This document shows positions 1 through 12,450 of a stretch of 64,000 nt of DNA, piece after piece. The DNA is from Carcharhinus amblyrhynchos (taxonomy: Eukaryota): NCBI GenBank assembly GCA_965287045.1, contig OZ336895.1, forward strand, positions 31,806,001 through 31,870,000, given 5' to 3'. The notes under the pieces were generated by a model. The model was not told where the DNA came from, did no database searches, and saw only the letters and a list, made by a program, of their open reading frames with translations. Made by a program: the position numbers and the translations under genes. The first letter of the stretch is position 1. The number at the start of each line of letters is the position of its first letter.

Positions 1-585
1 CTGAGTTTCTGTAAGAAGTCCACAGTGTTGCAACAAAAGCTGGGGGTTCTTTGTACAATGGGTTTCAGGATGTCCTCAGCATAGCTGGAGAGGTTCTCGC
101 ACAAGGTCCCATTGCCCGATATGATGGGACAGCCAGATGTGTTTGCCTTGTGTATCTTCAGGAGGCAGAATCACTGAGCAGAAACTGATAGCCAAGTTCT
201 GCACACATGAAGATGGCCTCAACCTGGATCTTGAATTCATGTCACACTACCTGTAATCTCCATGACTTGCTTGGGCTTGCAAAATCTCACTAACTGTCCT
301 GGCTGGACACAGTACACGTCTCTTTAACCTGTGCTTAACCCTCTCTCCACTCACATTGTTTGTACCTTTCAGATTTGATTACCTGTCAAGACTCACATTC
401 CAACAATTGTTCTGTAAATAGAGTTTATGTCTTTATATACCCTGTTTGTGAACAGAACTCCCACTTACCCGACAAAGGAGCAGCACTCCAAAAGCTAATG
501 GCTTTTGCTACCAAATAAACCTGTTGGATTTTGACCTGGTATTGTGAGACTTCTTACTGTTCAACGCCAGCATCCTACAACATCA
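1..585. mobile_element. Penelope-like retroelement relic with internal inversion
   Basis: 1-168 minus reads LLKIHKANTSGCPIISGNGTLCENLSSYAEDILKPIVQRTPSF (PLE RT). 170-256 plus reads ITEQKLIAKFCTHEDGLNLDLEFMSHYL* (GIY-YIG C-terminus). A 3' repeat follows that is also present at 33241-33390. Confidence 0.85.
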
Positions 586-1213
586 GCCTACAATGTGCCT
601 TTAGTGGCTCTTCAGAGCTAACTAGTTTCCCTGATGTGGATTTTCTTGGTACTTGCGTGCAAGCTCATTTTGTTTGAGGGTCAACAGATGGATATAGCTT
701 CAATCATTTTAGAAAGTCTTTGTCCAGTTTTCAAAATTTTAGAAGTAGCCATATTTTACATAATGGCATATTTTACAAAAAGAATATAGTGTAGTGTGTT
801 AGTCCCCTCACAGTAATATTGAATTAAACTAAAAGGCTTTACTAAAAGAATACAAGTATCACGATGAAGGCAATTGAGATTGAGTCTTAAATTTTGCGAA
901 ATGTTTCGAACAGTGCACAGTCCTTACATTTATAATCCTGCAAACCTACATCTGTTGATAATGCAGCAAAGGCTGGTAGAATAAATAGCTTATTTATTGC
1001 TGTTTATTTTCCACCTTTACAATTGATTTCTTTGTTGCATGAACGCATTATCGAGGCAGTATGAGTTGATTATAAGAAAGTTTCACTGTAATTGACTTTC
1101 TTTTCAATTTCAAATGAAATATGGTCATCGCGCTCAACTCTGACCAGTTTGCTGAGCACTAATGTGATCCATTTCTCATTCGCTTACGAGCTGATAGCCC
1201 TTATTTATTTCAG

Positions 1214-1304
1214 ATGGATACACTCGAGTCTCTTGGATCTAGCATCAGCGGTATGGCAAGATGTCCTTATGATCCTAAACAGGCCAACGTCGCCCTCTTT
1301 GCCG
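1214..1304 (+). CDS. SEMA6B: Semaphorin-6B internal exon (Sema domain), 91 bp
   Basis: tttcag acceptor and G|gtaaga donor. Translates [30 protein letters not shown], matching the class-6 motif [18 protein letters not shown]. Ends in phase 1. Confidence 0.93.
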
Positions 1305-1364
1305 GTAAGACCAGAAACATGAACATCTATTAGTTAAAACTGCAATTATGTCAAATTATTTCTT

Positions 1365-1562
1365 AAGTTTATTTATTCGTGATAAATAAGTTGGCTTACA
1401 TTAACACGGCAATGGAGTTACTGTGAAAATCCCCGAGTTGCCACACTTGTCACTGAGAGAGAATTGAGCATGGCCAGTGCATCTAACCTGCACGTCTTTT
1501 GGACTGTGGGAGAAAACCGGAGCATCCGGATGAAACCCACACGGACACAGGGAGAGCGTGCA
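1365..1562 (-). mobile_element. V-SINE, tail type B, 5'-truncated
   Basis: V-domain remnant (gggtttcatccggatgctccggttt) plus tail ...ttttcacagtaactccattgccgtgttaatgtaagcc. Confidence 0.8.
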
Positions 1563-1659
1563 GGGATAAGGATGGGCAAGATGGGTGTATAGAAGTCTGA
1601 ACATGATTCAAGGCATTGATGGACTGAAAGCCAAAACTGAGGGTGATGCGTGAAAGGGG

Positions 1660-2460
1660 ATTGATAGAAAAATATCCCAAGGTGCTCCTCAGAGGCCTGA
1701 TCAGAAAGAAAAATTAACACCTGATCCAAAGAAGGTATTAGCAAGGTGACGAAACATTTGGTCAAAGAGGTGACTTTAAAGATTATCTTAAAGCAAGTGA
1801 GGGAGATGTAGAGTAGAGGTTTGGGAAAGTATGAGGTAGCTGAGTGTTTGACTGCCAATGGATAGACTGAAGGGAGTGGAATGTTCACAGGACCAAATTT
1901 AGAGCAGTGGAAAGTTCTGGAACTGTTATAGGGCTGATGGACTTTTACATAATTATGGAAAGGTGAAGCAACTAAGAGATTTAAAACATGAGGAAGAGAA
2001 TTTTAAATTGAGAAAGATAGAACAATCTCCCTTGTAGACACAGGTGATGAGTAAGAGGGACATGATCATAAAATTCCTACAATGCAGAAGTGCCATTCGG
2101 CCCATCGAGCCTATATCGACAACAATCCCACCCAGGCCCTATCCTGGTAACCCTACATATTTACCTTGCTAATCCCCCGACACTAAGGGGCAATTTAGCA
2201 TGGCCAAGCAGCCTAACCTGCACATCTTGGGAGTGTGGGAGGAAACCCACGCGGACACAGGGAGAACATGCAAACTCCACACAGACAGTCACCCGAGGCT
2301 AGAATTGAACCCAGGTCCTTGGCGCTGTGAGGCACCTGTGCTAACCACTGTGTCACCGTGCCACCCATAAATAGGCAGATGAGTTCGGATGAGCTGAATT
2401 TTATGGAAGATGGGAAGCCAACCAAATGATCATTAGGATAATTGAACCTTGCAAATCTGA
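1660..2460 (-). mobile_element. Old L2-like LINE 3' fragment split by a SINE
   Basis: ttggtcaaagagg...tcttaaag block is the reverse complement of the L2-type tail seen at about 32650-32800. Degenerate. Confidence 0.55.
2066..2367 (-). mobile_element. HE1-like V-SINE, tail type A (CR1-like)
   Basis: tRNA-derived head with A/B boxes, V-domain, and tail ...cgatgggccgaatggc..ttctgca.tgtagg. Confidence 0.9.
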
Positions 2461-2976
2461 GTGTCAAATCTTTGATCTGTCCCTCTCTATTCCTCCCATT
2501 TAGCAAAGATTATTTTGACTATCAGGAATTGAAGTTATCTGGAAAGGTTAGAAATTCTGGAAACACTTAAAAACACTCTAAATGATCTTTTTGGAATATG
2601 ATTGCATTCTTTATGAGATGTTTCCAAGTAAATTGTTGACAATAAAGGTGATAAAGATTTCAATTAGAAAAAGACTTTGAAATTGGGATGGTAGAAATAA
2701 TGAGGGAAGCAGAACTTTGAGATCTAAAGTGGCTGATAATGCTGAATCCTTGCAACATTGCCCATGTCATCACTGTTCAGGCGCTCCACACGCATGGCAA
2801 TGCGATGGAAATCAGGTGAGGTCAGGCAATCCACTGCCCCTTTCCCATGCGACACAGTTGAAAATTGCCCCAATTTAGTCTGATTCAGCTTCGTTGATTA
2901 TTAAATGTTCTTGTTCAATGTAGAAGGTGCTTTTTGATCAAAAAACTGAAGAGTTATCGATTTTCTCGCACTGTAG

Positions 2977-3096
2977 ATAATAAGCTATTTACTGGGACAG
3001 TAACGGATTTCCTAGCAATTGATGCTGTCATCTATCGAAGTTTGGGTGAGAGTCCAACCCTCCGAACAGTCAAACATGACTCCAAGTGGTTCAAGG
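2977..3096 (+). CDS. SEMA6B: Semaphorin-6B internal exon, 120 bp
   Basis: ctgtag acceptor, gtaagt donor, phase 1 to 1. (D)[39 protein letters not shown]; KWFK is 6B-like. Confidence 0.95.
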
Positions 3097-3351
3097 GTAA
3101 GTCATCCACTACTGGAGTACTCAATACCGAGATGCCGATCACTTTGTAACCTTGCAGCTCTTGGATTTACTGTAGGTTCTTACAGCCAACATTAAAACAA
3201 AAAAATTTGTAAAAATTAAAGCTTTAAAATGACACGACACAGTCTGATTGTTTAGTAAAACTGGGCTTCCCTCTGACTCAGCTTCCAGGAAGGGAGAAAT
3301 GACAGTGAAAGAAGGGACTGTAAGACTGTAATTAGAATCGTACTTGAGAGT

Positions 3352-3690
3352 GGGGGCAGTGGCATAGTGGTATTGTCGCTGGACCAGTAATCCAGAGACC
3401 CAGGGTAATGCTATGGGGGCCCAGGTTTGAATCCCACCATGGCAGATGGTGAAATTTGAATTAAATAAAAATCTGGAATTAAAAGTCTAATGATGATCGT
3501 GAAACCATTGTTGATTGTCGGAAAAACCCATCTAGTTCTAATGTCCTTTAGGGAAGGAAATCTGCCATCCTTACCTGGTCTGGCCTACCTGTGACTCCAG
3601 AGCCACAGCAATGTGGTTGACTCTTAAATGCTGTCAGGGATGGTCAATAATATCTGGCCCAGGCAACAACGCCAACAACCCATGGACAAG
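3352..3690 (+). mobile_element. tRNA-derived SINE family 3 (core possibly Meta-domain/MER131-like; name tentative)
   Basis: A box tggcatagtgg, B box ggtttgaatcc, core aaaacccatct...tttagggaaggaaatctgcc..ccttacctggtctggcctac. Related copies at about 20125, 40208, 49970 and 60774. Confidence 0.8.
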
Positions 3691-3929
3691 TAACAGAAAA
3701 TGATGATATTTACAACATTTTCAGTACCTCTCAGTATCGTGGAACTACCCCACCATTTCCAACTATCTGTCAATCTCAATATTTGAGGTTTAAACCTGAA
3801 TGAAATAAGAACGAGATTCACGGAGCTCACAAACGCTTACAGAAACAGCTCTGAACAGGTTAAGGGAAACAATATGAAAAAATTAACAAGAATTGGCAGG
3901 AGGAATGGTACAAGTCATAAAGAAAGAAT

Positions 3930-4510
3930 AAATTACAGCACAGGAACAGGCCCTTCAGCCCTCCAAGTCTGCACTGACCACGCTGCCTGACTGAACTTAA
4001 ACCCCTTGCCTTTCAGGGGAACATATCCCTCTATTCCCATCCTATTCATGTATTTGTCAAGACGCCCCTTAAAAGTCACTATCGTATCTGCTTCCACTGC
4101 CTCCCCCGGCAGCAATTTCTAGGCACCCACCACCCTCTGTGAAAAAAAAACTTGCCTCGTACATCTCCTTTAAAACTTGCTCCTCGCCCCTCAAACCTGT
4201 GCCCACTAGTAATTGACTCTTCCACCCTGGGAAAAAGCTTCTGACCATCCACTCTGTCCATGCCCCTGATAATCTTGTAGACTTCTATCAGGTCGCCCCT
4301 CAACCTCCGTCGTTCCAATGAGAACAAATCAAGTTTCTCCAACCTCTCCTCGTAGCTAATGCCCTCCATACCAGGCAACATCCTGGTAAATCTTTCCTGT
4401 GCCCTCTCCAGAGCCTCCACATCCTTCTGGTAGTGTGGCGACCAAAGTTGAACAATAAGTGTGGCCTAACTAAGGTTCTATAAAGCTGCAACATGGCTTG
4501 CCAATTTTTA
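3930..4510 (-). mobile_element. CR1 LINE 3' fragment
   Basis: ALERAQERFTRMLPGMEGISYEERLEKLDLFSLERRRLRGDLIEVYKI is the CR1 ORF2 C-terminus. Confidence 0.92.
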
Positions 4511-4873
4511 ATTTTTTTAAAACTGAATATAAAGTTGCTCAGGCGGGCTGAGGAGATCAATGGGTTTGATTGTTTTATCCTTGCCATAGGGAACATGGAA
4601 TAGAGTATAGTCACTGATAGTGGTATTATACTAAAAATACAGTTAATCCTGTACATGGGTCCTGAACTGTGGCGGATCATTATATGTTTTTTAATAAATG
4701 TTTAATGCATCTCTCATCAACCTAATGTTTTGCCACATTATGCAGTGTTTATTACAGTGTTGGGGATAACCTTAGCCACTCCAGTGTCTCAGGGGATAAT
4801 GAGTTATACTGAGCCATACAGATGAGAAAGATCCTAGGTTTAATCCCTGAACTGTACTGAATTAGATCAATTC

Positions 4874-5214
4874 ATAGAATCATAGAATTCTACAGTGAGA
4901 AAAAGGCCCTTCGGCCCATCGAGTCTACACCAACCGCAATACCACCCAGGTCATACCTCCATATCCCTACATATTTTACCTGTTAATCCCTCTAACCTAC
5001 GCACCTCAGGACACTAAGGGGCAATTTTATCATGGTCAATCAACCTAACCCGCACATCTTTGGACTGTGGGAGAAAACCAGAGCACCTGGAGGAAACCCA
5101 CGCAGACACGAGCAGAATGTGCAAACTCCACACAGACAGTGACCTGAGCCAGGAATCGAACCCAGATCCCTGGAGCTGTGAAGCAGCAGTGCTAACCACT
5201 GTGCTACCGTGCCA
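4874..5214 (-). mobile_element. HE1-like V-SINE, type A
   Basis: Full head, V-domain, and (attctatg)n tail. Confidence 0.92.
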
Positions 5215-5532
5215 CCCAACCAGCCAGATCATCAGTCATGTTATTAGAATGGGGCTTAACATGACTGGCCCAGGGAAGGAAAATCTATTCAGTGGATCAA
5301 CTTTTTCACACCTGATCACATCCAATGAGCCTGTACTGGAAAAAAGTATGTATGCTTCAATTAGGTGGGTTTAGCTTTGGTTATTATTGCCAATACAGAT
5401 AAATAGCCTGCTGACACAATGGTCCAGTTTCTTACAAGAGAATATATTCACTTGTACTGGGGAACCATCACCCAAACTACTCTTGGCTCTTTTTCCAGCA
5501 TCAGTTTTTTCCAGGAGTACGATGATCCACAC

Positions 5533-5834
5533 TGTGGCACAATAGTTAGCACTGCTGCCTTACGGCACCAGGGACCTGGGTTCAATTCTGGCCTCGGGTA
5601 ACTGTCTGTGTGGAGTTTGCACATTCTCTCCGTGTCTGCGTGGGTTTCCTCCTGGTGCTCTGGTTTCCCCTCTCAGTGCAAAGATGTGCGGGTTAGGTTG
5701 ATTGGCCGTCCCCTTAGAGTCAAGGGGACTAGCAGGGTAAATAGAGGGGGTTAAGGGGATAGGGCCTGGCTGGGATTGTGGTCGGTGTGGGCTCGATGGG
5801 CCAAATGGCCTCCTTCTGCACTGTAGGGATTCTA
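5533..5834 (+). mobile_element. HE1-like V-SINE, type A
   Basis: Full copy, inverted relative to the copy at 4874-5214. Confidence 0.92.
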
Positions 5835-6357
5835 ATTCAATTCGTCACTTAAACATTTTGTACACGGGTTTGCGCCAGTTCCTCCATGGGAAATGTACAG
5901 CTTTTCTGAATAAATGTGACTGGATAATAAAATTAATAACTTTTGACCTGCTCACAGTTCCCATGGTGATTTCCTCAACATTTTTATACTTTACTTTGAA
6001 AGGATTTTCTCTTTGGCTGATCCTCAGGTTTTTTTTTCAACATCTGTACTTTCCATTGAAAAATCTGATGCATATTAGCAAATACCAACAATGTGGCTTC
6101 ATAACAATCAACGCAAAGTTGTATATTAATGTAGCTTCTCTTCATTGCACCTAATTATGTTTGTGCAATTTGTGATGATTAAAGTGAATTATAATGAAAA
6201 CTGAGTCAATACAATTGCAATAAAATATTCATTACATTGAAAGGTGTTCATCCAGTTTACAATTACATCTTTTTCTGTAATGGGTTAATAAGTAATTCAC
6301 ACAATGTTGTACTTGGTGCCAATGGGCTTAGCTAAAGCCTACCTACTTTTCTTCCAG

Positions 6358-6446
6358 AGCCATACTTTATCCATGCTGTCGAATACGGCCGTCATGTCTT
6401 CTTCTTTTTCCGAGAAATCGCCATGGAATTTAACTACCTGGAAAAG
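6358..6446 (+). CDS. SEMA6B: Semaphorin-6B internal exon, 89 bp
   Basis: cttccag acceptor, gtaact donor. (E)[29 protein letters not shown]; [12 protein letters not shown] is as I recall it in human SEMA6B. Confidence 0.95.
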
Positions 6447-6854
6447 GTAACTGGGAATTTTGGGTAGGTGTGAATAATGTGCAAAGTGAAAGCTGTGTAA
6501 TTTTTTTAAAAAATCAAATTGGCAACAGTGCTTTGTCCCTGGAAAATTAAGTGGTCACTTTCTGCCCTTTTTGCGGCTTTCTTTCCCTTATCTGCCCCAC
6601 CGTTCGAGGATTGAGCGCAGCCCAGTGCAGCGTGAAACACATAAGGACAATGCAAAGAAAGGACCATTTTAGCCTCCATTTCCACAAAGCACAGCATCAT
6701 TAGGTTGTCCCAAGGCAAGAAGTTGAAACTGTGATCTTCCTCCATAATTATTTAACACTAAATCTATCCTCATAACCCTTGTTTCACTTCCAACCAAAAC
6801 ATCCGATCATTCAACTCCAGTTCATTGGCTTATCGCCAACTAACATCGCTGAAA

Positions 6855-8984
6855 GACTGCGGCACGCACCGACTGCGGCACACACTGACAGCGGCACGCA
6901 CTGGCTGCGGCACACACTGACAGCGGCACGCACTGGCTGCGGCACACACTGACAGCGGCACGCACCGGCTGCGGCACGCACCGACTGCAGCACGCACCGG
7001 CTGCGGCACGCACCGACAACGGCACACACCGACTGCGGCACACACCGGCTGCGGCACACACCAACAACAGCACGCACCGGCTGCGGCACATACCGACAAC
7101 GGCACGCACCGGCTGCGGCACACACCGACAACGGCACACACCGACTGCGGCACGCACCGGCTGCGGCACACACCAACAACAGCACGCACCGGCTGCGGCA
7201 CATACCGACAACGGCACGCACCGACTGCGGCACACACCGACAACGGCACACACCGACTGCGGCACGCACCGGCTGCGGCACACACCAACAACAGCACGCA
7301 CCGGCTGCGGCACGCACCGAGTGCAGCACACACCGGCTGCGGCACACACCGACAACGGCACACACCGACAACGGCACGCACCGGCTGCGGCACGCACCGA
7401 CAACGGCACACACCGACAACGGCACGCACCGGCTGCGGCACACACCGGCTGCGGCACGCACCGACAGCGGCACGCACCGACAGCGGCACGCACCGACAGC
7501 GGCACGCACCGGCTGCGGCACACACCGACAACGGCACACACCGACTGCGGCACGCACCGGCTGCGGCACACACCAACAACAGCACGCACCGGCTGCGGCA
7601 CACACCAACAACAGCACGCACCGGCTGCGGCACACACCGACAACAGCACGCACCGACTGCGGCACACACCGACAACGGCACGCACCGGCTGCGGCACACA
7701 CCGACAACAGCACGCACCGGCTGCGGCACATACCGACAACGGCACGCACCGACTGCGGCACACACCGACAACGGCACACACCGACTGCGGCACGCACCGG
7801 CTGCGGCACACACCAACAACAGCACGCACCGGCTGCGGCACATACCGACAACGGCACGCACCGACTGCGGCACACACCGACAACGGCACGCACCGGCTGC
7901 GGCACACACCGACAACGGCACGCACCGGCTGCGGCACACACCAACAACAGCACGCACCGGCTGCGGCACACACCGATAACAGCACGCACCGGCTGCGGCA
8001 CACACCGACTGCGGCACACACCGACAACGGCACGCACCGGCTGCGGCACACACCGGCTGCGGCACACACCAACAACAGCATGCACTGGCTGCGGCACGCA
8101 CCGACTGCAGCACGCACCGGCTGCGGCACGCACCGACAGCGGCACGCACCGACAGCGGCACGCACCGGCTGCGGCACGCACCGACAGCGGCACGCACCGG
8201 CAGCGGCACACACCGACTGCGGCACGCACCGACAGCGGCACGCACCGACAGCGGCACGCACCGGCAGCGGCACACACCGACAGCGGCACGCACCGGCAGC
8301 GGCACACACCGACTGCGGCACGCACCGACAGCGGCACGCACCGACAGCGGCACGCACCGATACACTGACTCCAGCACACACCGACTGCGGCACGCACCGA
8401 CAGCGGCACGCACCGACAGCGGCACGCACCGATACACTGACTCCAGCACACACCGACTGCGGCACGCACCGACAGCGGCACGCACCGACTGCGGCACACA
8501 CCGACTGCGGCACGCACCGACAGCGGCACGCACCGACAGCGGCACGCACCGGCAGCGGCACGCACCGACAGCGGCACGCACCGACTGCGGCACGCACCGA
8601 CAGTGGCACGCACCGACAGCGGCACGCACCGGCAGCGGCACGCACCGGCTGCGGCACACACCGACTGCGGCACGCACCGACAGCGGCACGCACCGGCAGC
8701 GGCACACACCGACTGCGGCACGCACCGACAGCGGCACGCACCGGCAGCGGCACGCACCGACTGCGGCACGCACCGACTGCGGCACGCACCGATACACTGA
8801 CTCCAGCACACACCGACTGCGACACACACCGGCTGCGGCACGCACCGACTGCGGCACGCACCAACTGCGGCACGCACCGATACACTGACTCCAGCACACA
8901 CCAACAGCGGCACACACCGACAGCGGCACGCACCGATACACTGACTCCAGCACACACCGACTGCGGCACGCACCAATTGCGGCA
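6855..8984. repeat. CpG-rich minisatellite, 16-bp unit (about 130 units) plus five 24-bp variant units
   Basis: Units such as gactgcggcacgcacc, ggctgcggcacacacc, gacaacggcacacacc, gacagcggcacgcacc and aacaacagcacgcacc. 24-mer gatacactgactccagcacacacc at about 8359, 8431, 8791, 8879 and 8935. Confidence 0.97.
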
Positions 8985-9293
8985 GAATAGACATGTCAGC
9001 CCGTCTGCCTTCCCCAGGAAGCCTGGCGTCTGGAGGCAGGCTCTTAATTGGTGCATTCTGCCAAAGAGCAACCACAAAGCTCACACCTCAAGGAGTTGGA
9101 TTCCAAATCCAAAACTGGTCATGTCATTGCAATAGATCTGAGCAGTTCCTGTCCATGGTGCAGCATGCAGCAACTGATCTATACACCATGATAGATGTGG
9201 CTTAACATGCTGAGAGGGGACAGTCGGAAATTAAGGCATTCTGGACTTCCGACTCATTGAATGATCGGTGGAGAAATACTGTTCCCTCAACAG

Positions 9294-9604
9294 TTTAGTT
9301 TAGTTTATTTATTAGTGTCACAAGTAGGCCTACATTAACACTGCAATGAAGTTACTGTGAAAATCCCCTAATTGCCACACTCGGCACCTGTTTGGGGACA
9401 CTGAGGGAGAATTTAACATGGTCAATGCACCTAACCAGCACATCTTCTGGACAGTGGAAGAAAACCAGAGCGCCCAGAGGAAACCCACATGGACACGGGG
9501 AGAACATGCAGACTCTACACAGACAGTGACCCTAACAGGGAATCAAACCTGGGTACCTGGCGCTGTGAGACAGCAGTGTGAACCACTGTGCCACCATGCC
9601 ATCC
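9294..9604 (-). mobile_element. V-SINE, type B
   Basis: Head and V-domain plus tail ...cttgtgacactaataaataaac. Confidence 0.9.
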
Positions 9605-11016
9605 TACTAACAGCGTACCTAATGAATAGCTGAGCAGATGCAGATTAACAAAGGTTCCAGTTGAATTCTGCAATCTATGCTGATGTTGGTGATCTAAGGC
9701 AAAACTGCTTTAAGGAGATAATTGCATTGACTCTATAGCCCTGAGTTTGGGAGATGGACATTCTCCAAGGCTCCTGCTCCTGATCATTGTCCAACAACCT
9801 TCTCCTTGAAGTGCAGATGTTGGGCATTGAGTAACAATCAGGTCTGCCTCAGCTATGATCCTTACCATGTTGAATAGCTTGACCTTGGTGTCCAAACTTA
9901 AATATAAAGAATGACCACTTCAGTAAAGTGCCAAGGAGCACCAGCACCCTCTACAATGTATTAGATCTTTCAGGGGAAGTGGATTACTCAATCTGCTAAT
10001 CTAATGAAACACTCATCCTCACATTAAATATTAATAGAGCATGGAACAAAAAGAGGCCATTCAGCCCATCAATCCCACTGTTCCATAAAGCATCAACAAT
10101 CGACTCTCTCATTGACCTTACCCCAATTATAAAATCCCCTTCTATAGTTCACGCATCTTCACTATTCATGATGCACTAGTTTTCTGCCAAAGACCAGATC
10201 CCTCTCCACTAGTTATGAAAAACCATCTCGTCCTCTGGAGTATTTAGTTTTCCCATTCTATATCTATATGGTATCTATATCCCTTCCCAGTCTGATCATC
10301 GATATGATGTTGTTTAAATACATTAATTGTTTCAACTTCAGTTGGTTTTCACTTGATCCTAATTCAGATCCTAATCCACATAACTGCAAAGTATAATTCA
10401 ATTCTACCTGGCACGTAATTGGTTGAAACTTTTTTTTACTGCGGAGATATGATTCATTATGTACTCTACATGTACACATTCTGTGTTAGTTACACTTTCC
10501 TGTGTAGTTGACATGAGTGTTAAATATGAAGAAAGGACTGGCCATAGCTTGTGAAGTGTGGAAGTGGCCTCGTATGGATGGGAAATGCAGTGTGCAACGT
10601 AGAAGCTGTTCCACCCAGACAAGGAAGGTAATCCCTGTCCATGGTCAGTTCCCCACTCTCAGCCAAAAAAGGGGTACTTGTTGGTCTCAGTGGTGCTGGG
10701 GTGGAGGGCAAGAAGTGTTGAAATTCAACCAGGGTTCATGCACCTGAACATTATTCATTATTCCTGTCAGCAAAATGAAGACAAGACCAAGGTTACCTGT
10801 GGTACTCACCACTGTGGGATAGCCACTGGCATTCACTATGCAGGCTGACTTGAGGAACTGCCACTTTAGTACTTTAACTAGCTGAGGGTCCCCATTAGGA
10901 GTGTAACCCAACATGCCTGCGGGAGAGGAAGGGAGACAATGGGAAGGTGACAGCCCCTGGAGGGTACCTGACTGGCAGATGAAAATTTCACCAACGTTTC
11001 TCTCTCCTGCTTGTAG

Positions 11017-11234
11017 GTGGTCCTCTCCAGAGTTGCTCGCGTCTGCAAGAATGACATGGGGGGTTCCCAGCGGGTGCTGGAGAAGCAGTGGACATCCTTC
11101 CTGAAAGCACGCTTGAACTGCTCAGTGCCTGGAGACTCCCACTTCTACTTCAATGTCCTCCAGGCAGTTACAGACATCATCCGGATCAACGGGCACACGA
11201 TTGTGCTGGCCATATTCTCCACCCCCTACAATAG
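11017..11234 (+). CDS. SEMA6B: Semaphorin-6B internal exon, 218 bp
   Basis: ttgtag acceptor, AG|gtaaat donor. [52 protein letters not shown]...FSTPYN. Ends in phase 2. Confidence 0.96.
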
Positions 11235-11995
11235 GTAAATGCATTTTCCAATAACAAAATGCACATTCCGCCTTTTCAGATTTTGCGAGTAAACTACTTA
11301 ATGAGTTATTTGAGTGATAATAGCTCTGGTGAAGTAGCATTCACTCTAGCCTAATAAAACATGTCTTTTATACATATGAGATATTGACCAGGCTTCCTCT
11401 GGAATTCAAAGTGCAGTTCTAATTTTGTAAAGATATAACAGCGCCCTTGAAGGGGTGCAGAGGAGAACAATCAAGATGATTGAGAATAGGAAGAATTGCA
11501 GTAAAGAGGGAAGGTTAAAGAAGTCGGGTCTGCTTTCTTTGAACATGAGAGTGACTGACCGGCCTTTTTTCAAGATTTAGAAGGAAACAGGTTAAAAACC
11601 GATTGGAGAAAATGGTTCACGGTGGCATAACAGGTTCAAATACCACAGGACACCTGTTACAAATCAGTAGTTTGGATGTAGAGGGAAGACAGAAATGTAA
11701 TCTTGTAGATTCAAGTTACTCTGGGAGACCTTTGAAGAGAACAACACCAATGATGCTAATGGCCAAATATATGTGTTCGTACTTTGAGGAGGGATTAAGT
11801 AATGTGTTGAGAAACCAGGTTTGTGACTTAAAAATCATCCAATATAAAGACAGTTATTTTTGGTTTGATGATCTGAAAATGTTCATTTAACATTGATATT
11901 TATGTTTTTGAACTGTATTTAATTGCAACATATTTTGATGTCCAGAAATACCTCCCATCTCATCTCCTAACTCCCCAAAATCTGTCCTCATCTCT

Positions 11996-12450
11996 GGGAC
12001 ACAAGTCAGGAGTGTGATGGAATGCACGCCACCTGCCTGGAGGAACTGCAACAGTACTCAAGAAGCTCAACACCATCCAGGACATAACAGCCCCCTTTGA
12101 TTGACACCCCATCCACCTCTGACACACAGTGGCAGCAGTGTGTGCCATCTACTGCAGGAATTCCCCAAAGTTTCTTCAACAGCACCTTCCAACCCAGTGA
12201 TGCTCTACCACCTAGAAAGACCAGGGCAGTAGACACGTAGGAATATCTCTACCTGCAAGTTCCCTTTCAAGCCACACACCATCCTGACTTGGAAAGATGG
12301 CGCCATTCATTCATCATCGCTGGGTCAAAATCCTGGAACGTCCACTTTAACACCTGTCTCACCTGTTCAGGAATGTGGCTCAGCACCACTTTCTTGAGAG
12401 CAATTAGGGATGCCAGTAATGCCCACATCCCATGAATGAATGAAAAAAAG
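11996..12450 (+). mobile_element. Second CR1-group LINE, 3' fragment
   Basis: acaagtcaggagtgtgatggaat...caacaccatccaggac block shared with 50480-50968. Tail ...cccatgaatgaatgaaaaaaa. Confidence 0.75.

Noticed and set aside
6855-8984. CRISPR-like array
   Set aside because: No unique spacers, the units are variants of one 16-mer, the context is a vertebrate intron, and there are no cas genes.
6811-9135. Four 600-760 aa ORFs (Cys/Val/Arg-rich or His/Thr-rich)
   Set aside because: By-products of a stop-poor 16-bp tandem repeat read in several frames; no domain content or splice context.
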